A DNA stretch of 64,000 nt from an uncultured Pseudomonadota bacterium (lineage in GTDB: Bacteria; Pseudomonadota; Gammaproteobacteria; Burkholderiales; SG8-39): contig CAWFPL010000001.1 in the NCBI GenBank assembly GCA_963817785.1, positions 19,466 through 83,465 of the forward strand, written 5' to 3'. The position numbers and the translations under genes are program-made. Under the pieces are notes generated by a model. It was not told the DNA's origin, made no database searches, and saw only the letters and a program-made list of their open reading frames with translations. Of the stretch, positions 62,658 through 64,000 are shown one piece after another (the stretch's first letter is position 1; each line of letters starts with the position of its first letter).

Positions 62658-62703
62658 GTTGCACTCCTTTCCGTATATATATATGTATGCCCCATTCGGG
62701 GCG

Positions 62704-62940
62704 TCAGTGCTCAAGCGCGCGCTTCGCGCGCTCGAATTCGTCCTGGTCGATCTCGCCCCGGGCGTAGCGCCTTTTCAGGATGTCCAGCGGGGTGTCTTCC
62801 GGTCCGGCCCTCGGGGTCCTTCCGGGAACCAACCAGCGCAGCCCGATCGCGACGATGGCGATGAGGAGCAACCAAAAGACAAGCATCCCGGCCCCGCCGA
62901 ATCCCATGCCGCCCCAGCCGTAATTCATCGCGTTCCACAC
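62704..62940 (-). CDS. Small membrane protein with C-terminal SHOCT domain
   Basis: 78 aa. Gly/Met-rich N-terminus NYGWGGMGFGGAGM, one TM segment, then ILKRRYARGEIDQDEFERAKRALE (SHOCT pattern). 46 nt upstream of the repeat protein on the same strand. Confidence 0.75.
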   Translation of the reverse strand: MWNAMNYGWGGMGFGGAGMLVFWLLLIAIVAIGLRWLVPGRTPRAGPEDTPLDILKRRYARGEIDQDEFERAKRALEH

Positions 62941-63035
62941 GATTGCGGCCTCCGTCGCGCGTAGTTGCCCAGACTAGGCGCCGCAGCCGGGTCTGTATTG
63001 ACGCAGATCAAGCGGTCCCGCAGGCGCGCTAATCT

Positions 63036-64000
63036 ATGCACACACAAGCATTTGGAGTCGGGGTTTCCTTGGACAGTTCCGGGCACGCGCCATACGACGC
63101 GATCGTCATCGGCGCCGGACACAACGGCCTGGTGTGCGCGTGCTACCTGGCGAAGGCCGGGCTGCGCGTCAAGGTGCTGGAGCGCCGGCCGGTGGCCGGC
63201 GGCGCGGCGGTCACGGAGGAATTCCACCCGGGGTTCCGCAATTCGGTTGCGGCCTACACGGTCAGCCTGCTGCAGCCGCGGGTGATCCGGGAGCTCAATC
63301 TCGCCGCGCACGGCCTCAAGATCGTGGAGCGGCCGCTCGCCAATTTCCTGCCGCTCTCCGAGCGCGACTATCTCAAGGTCGGCGGCGGGCTCGAGGCGAC
63401 GCGGCGCGAGCTTGCCCGGTTTTCGGCGCGCGACGCGGAGCGCCTGCCGGCGTATCAGGCGGCGCTCGAGCGCATGGCCGGCGTGCTGCGCGAGCTCGTG
63501 CTCGAAACCCCGCCCAATGCCGGTGGCGGCCTCGCCGACGCGTGGCGCGCGCTGCGGCTCGGCGGCCGGCTCAGGCGTCTGGGCGTGGATTCCGGCGCCG
63601 AGCTCTTGGAGCTCTTCGCGCGCAGCGCGGCGGAGCTGCTCGAGCGCTGGTTCGACTCCGAAGGAATCAAGGCGGCGTACGGCTTCGATGCGGTGGTGGG
63701 CAATTTCGCGAGCCCCTTTCACCCGGGCACGGGCTACGTGCTGTTGCACCACTGCTTCGGCGAGGTGAACGGCAAGCGCGGCGTGTGGGGTCATGCGCTC
63801 GGCGGCATGGGGGCGATCAGCGAGGCGCTGGCGGCCGAGGCGCGCCGCCTCGGCGTGGAGATCGAGTGCAATGCGCCGGTCGGGCGCGTGCGGGAGAATG
63901 CCGGGCGAGTGCTCGGGGTGATGCTCGCCGACGGTCGCGAGCTGGCCGCGCGCGCGGTGGCCGCGAACGTCAACCCGAAGCTGCTTTATCAGCAGCTCGT
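63036..64000 (+). CDS. FAD-dependent oxidoreductase, phytoene-desaturase (CrtI)-like family; 3' end beyond the window
   Basis: Not in the track (no stop in the window). My translation reads MHTQAFGVGVSLDSSGHAPYDAIVIGAGHNGLVCACYLAKAGLRVKVLERRPVAGGAAVTEEF...GVWGHALGGMGAISEALA. Start uncertain (ATG 63036 or TTG 63069). Confidence 0.8.
   Translation, partial: MHTQAFGVGVSLDSSGHAPYDAIVIGAGHNGLVCACYLAKAGLRVKVLERRPVAGGAAVTEEFHPGFRNSVAAYTVSLLQPRVIRELNLAAHGLKIVERPLANFLPLSERDYLKVGGGLEATRRELARFSARDAERLPAYQAALERMAGVLRELVLETPPNAGGGLADAWRALRLGGRLRRLGVDSGAELLELFARSAAELLERWFDSEGIKAAYGFDAVVGNFASPFHPGTGYVLLHHCFGEVNGKRGVWGHALGGMGAISEALAAEARRLGVEIECNAPVGRVRENAGRVLGVMLADGRELAARAVAANVNPKLLYQQL

Overview
This is a 64-kb, high-G+C chromosomal segment that looks betaproteobacterial. 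The supporting gene order is mrcA divergent from pilMNOPQ-aroKB-gltBD, hemB-engB-cytochrome c4, and lptM-lysA. Its catabolic genes suggest a Rhodocyclales-like (Thauera/Aromatoleum-type) anaerobic aromatic degrader, but the taxon is inference only. From 0 to 35 kb the content is mostly housekeeping: hemB (partial), engB, cytochrome c4, a disulfide oxidoreductase, cytochrome b561 plus cytochrome c-prime, an ECF sigma/anti-sigma pair directly upstream of msrPQ, a NYN/LOTUS protein, an RND efflux pair, lysA-lptM, mrcA, pilMNOPQ, aroK-aroB, gltBD, an argD-like gene, and glmU-glmS. From 35.3 kb the window becomes an anaerobic aromatic-catabolism region. korAB plus a diiron protein lie divergent from had-oah-dch-bcrCBAD-fdx, a complete Thauera-type class I benzoyl-CoA pathway core. 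Converging on it from the right is a ~12-kb minus-strand string: livKHMGF, a thioesterase, a padBCD-like Mo enzyme, phenylacetate-CoA ligase, a hemerythrin and a tandem GNAT. Exactly at the convergence point sits a ~1.9-kb lower-G+C insertion with two overlapping genes. One is a HipA-family kinase core lacking the HipA N-subdomain. The other is a partner in which a HipS-like N-subdomain is fused to a HIRAN-like domain, and there is no HipB. This is my best candidate for an uncharacterised system. Other items worth a look are a Spy/CpxP-like periplasmic protein with perfect 42-bp tandem repeats encoding GPGMMGGYGPGGGY, a possible cyaY remnant, an FNR-type box in the kor/had divergent promoter, a hemerythrin plus GNAT tail on the aromatic operon, and several start-codon corrections. 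I saw no rRNA, tRNA, CRISPR array, transposase or integrase. Many very long ORFs in the track are antisense or out-of-frame artefacts of high G+C.
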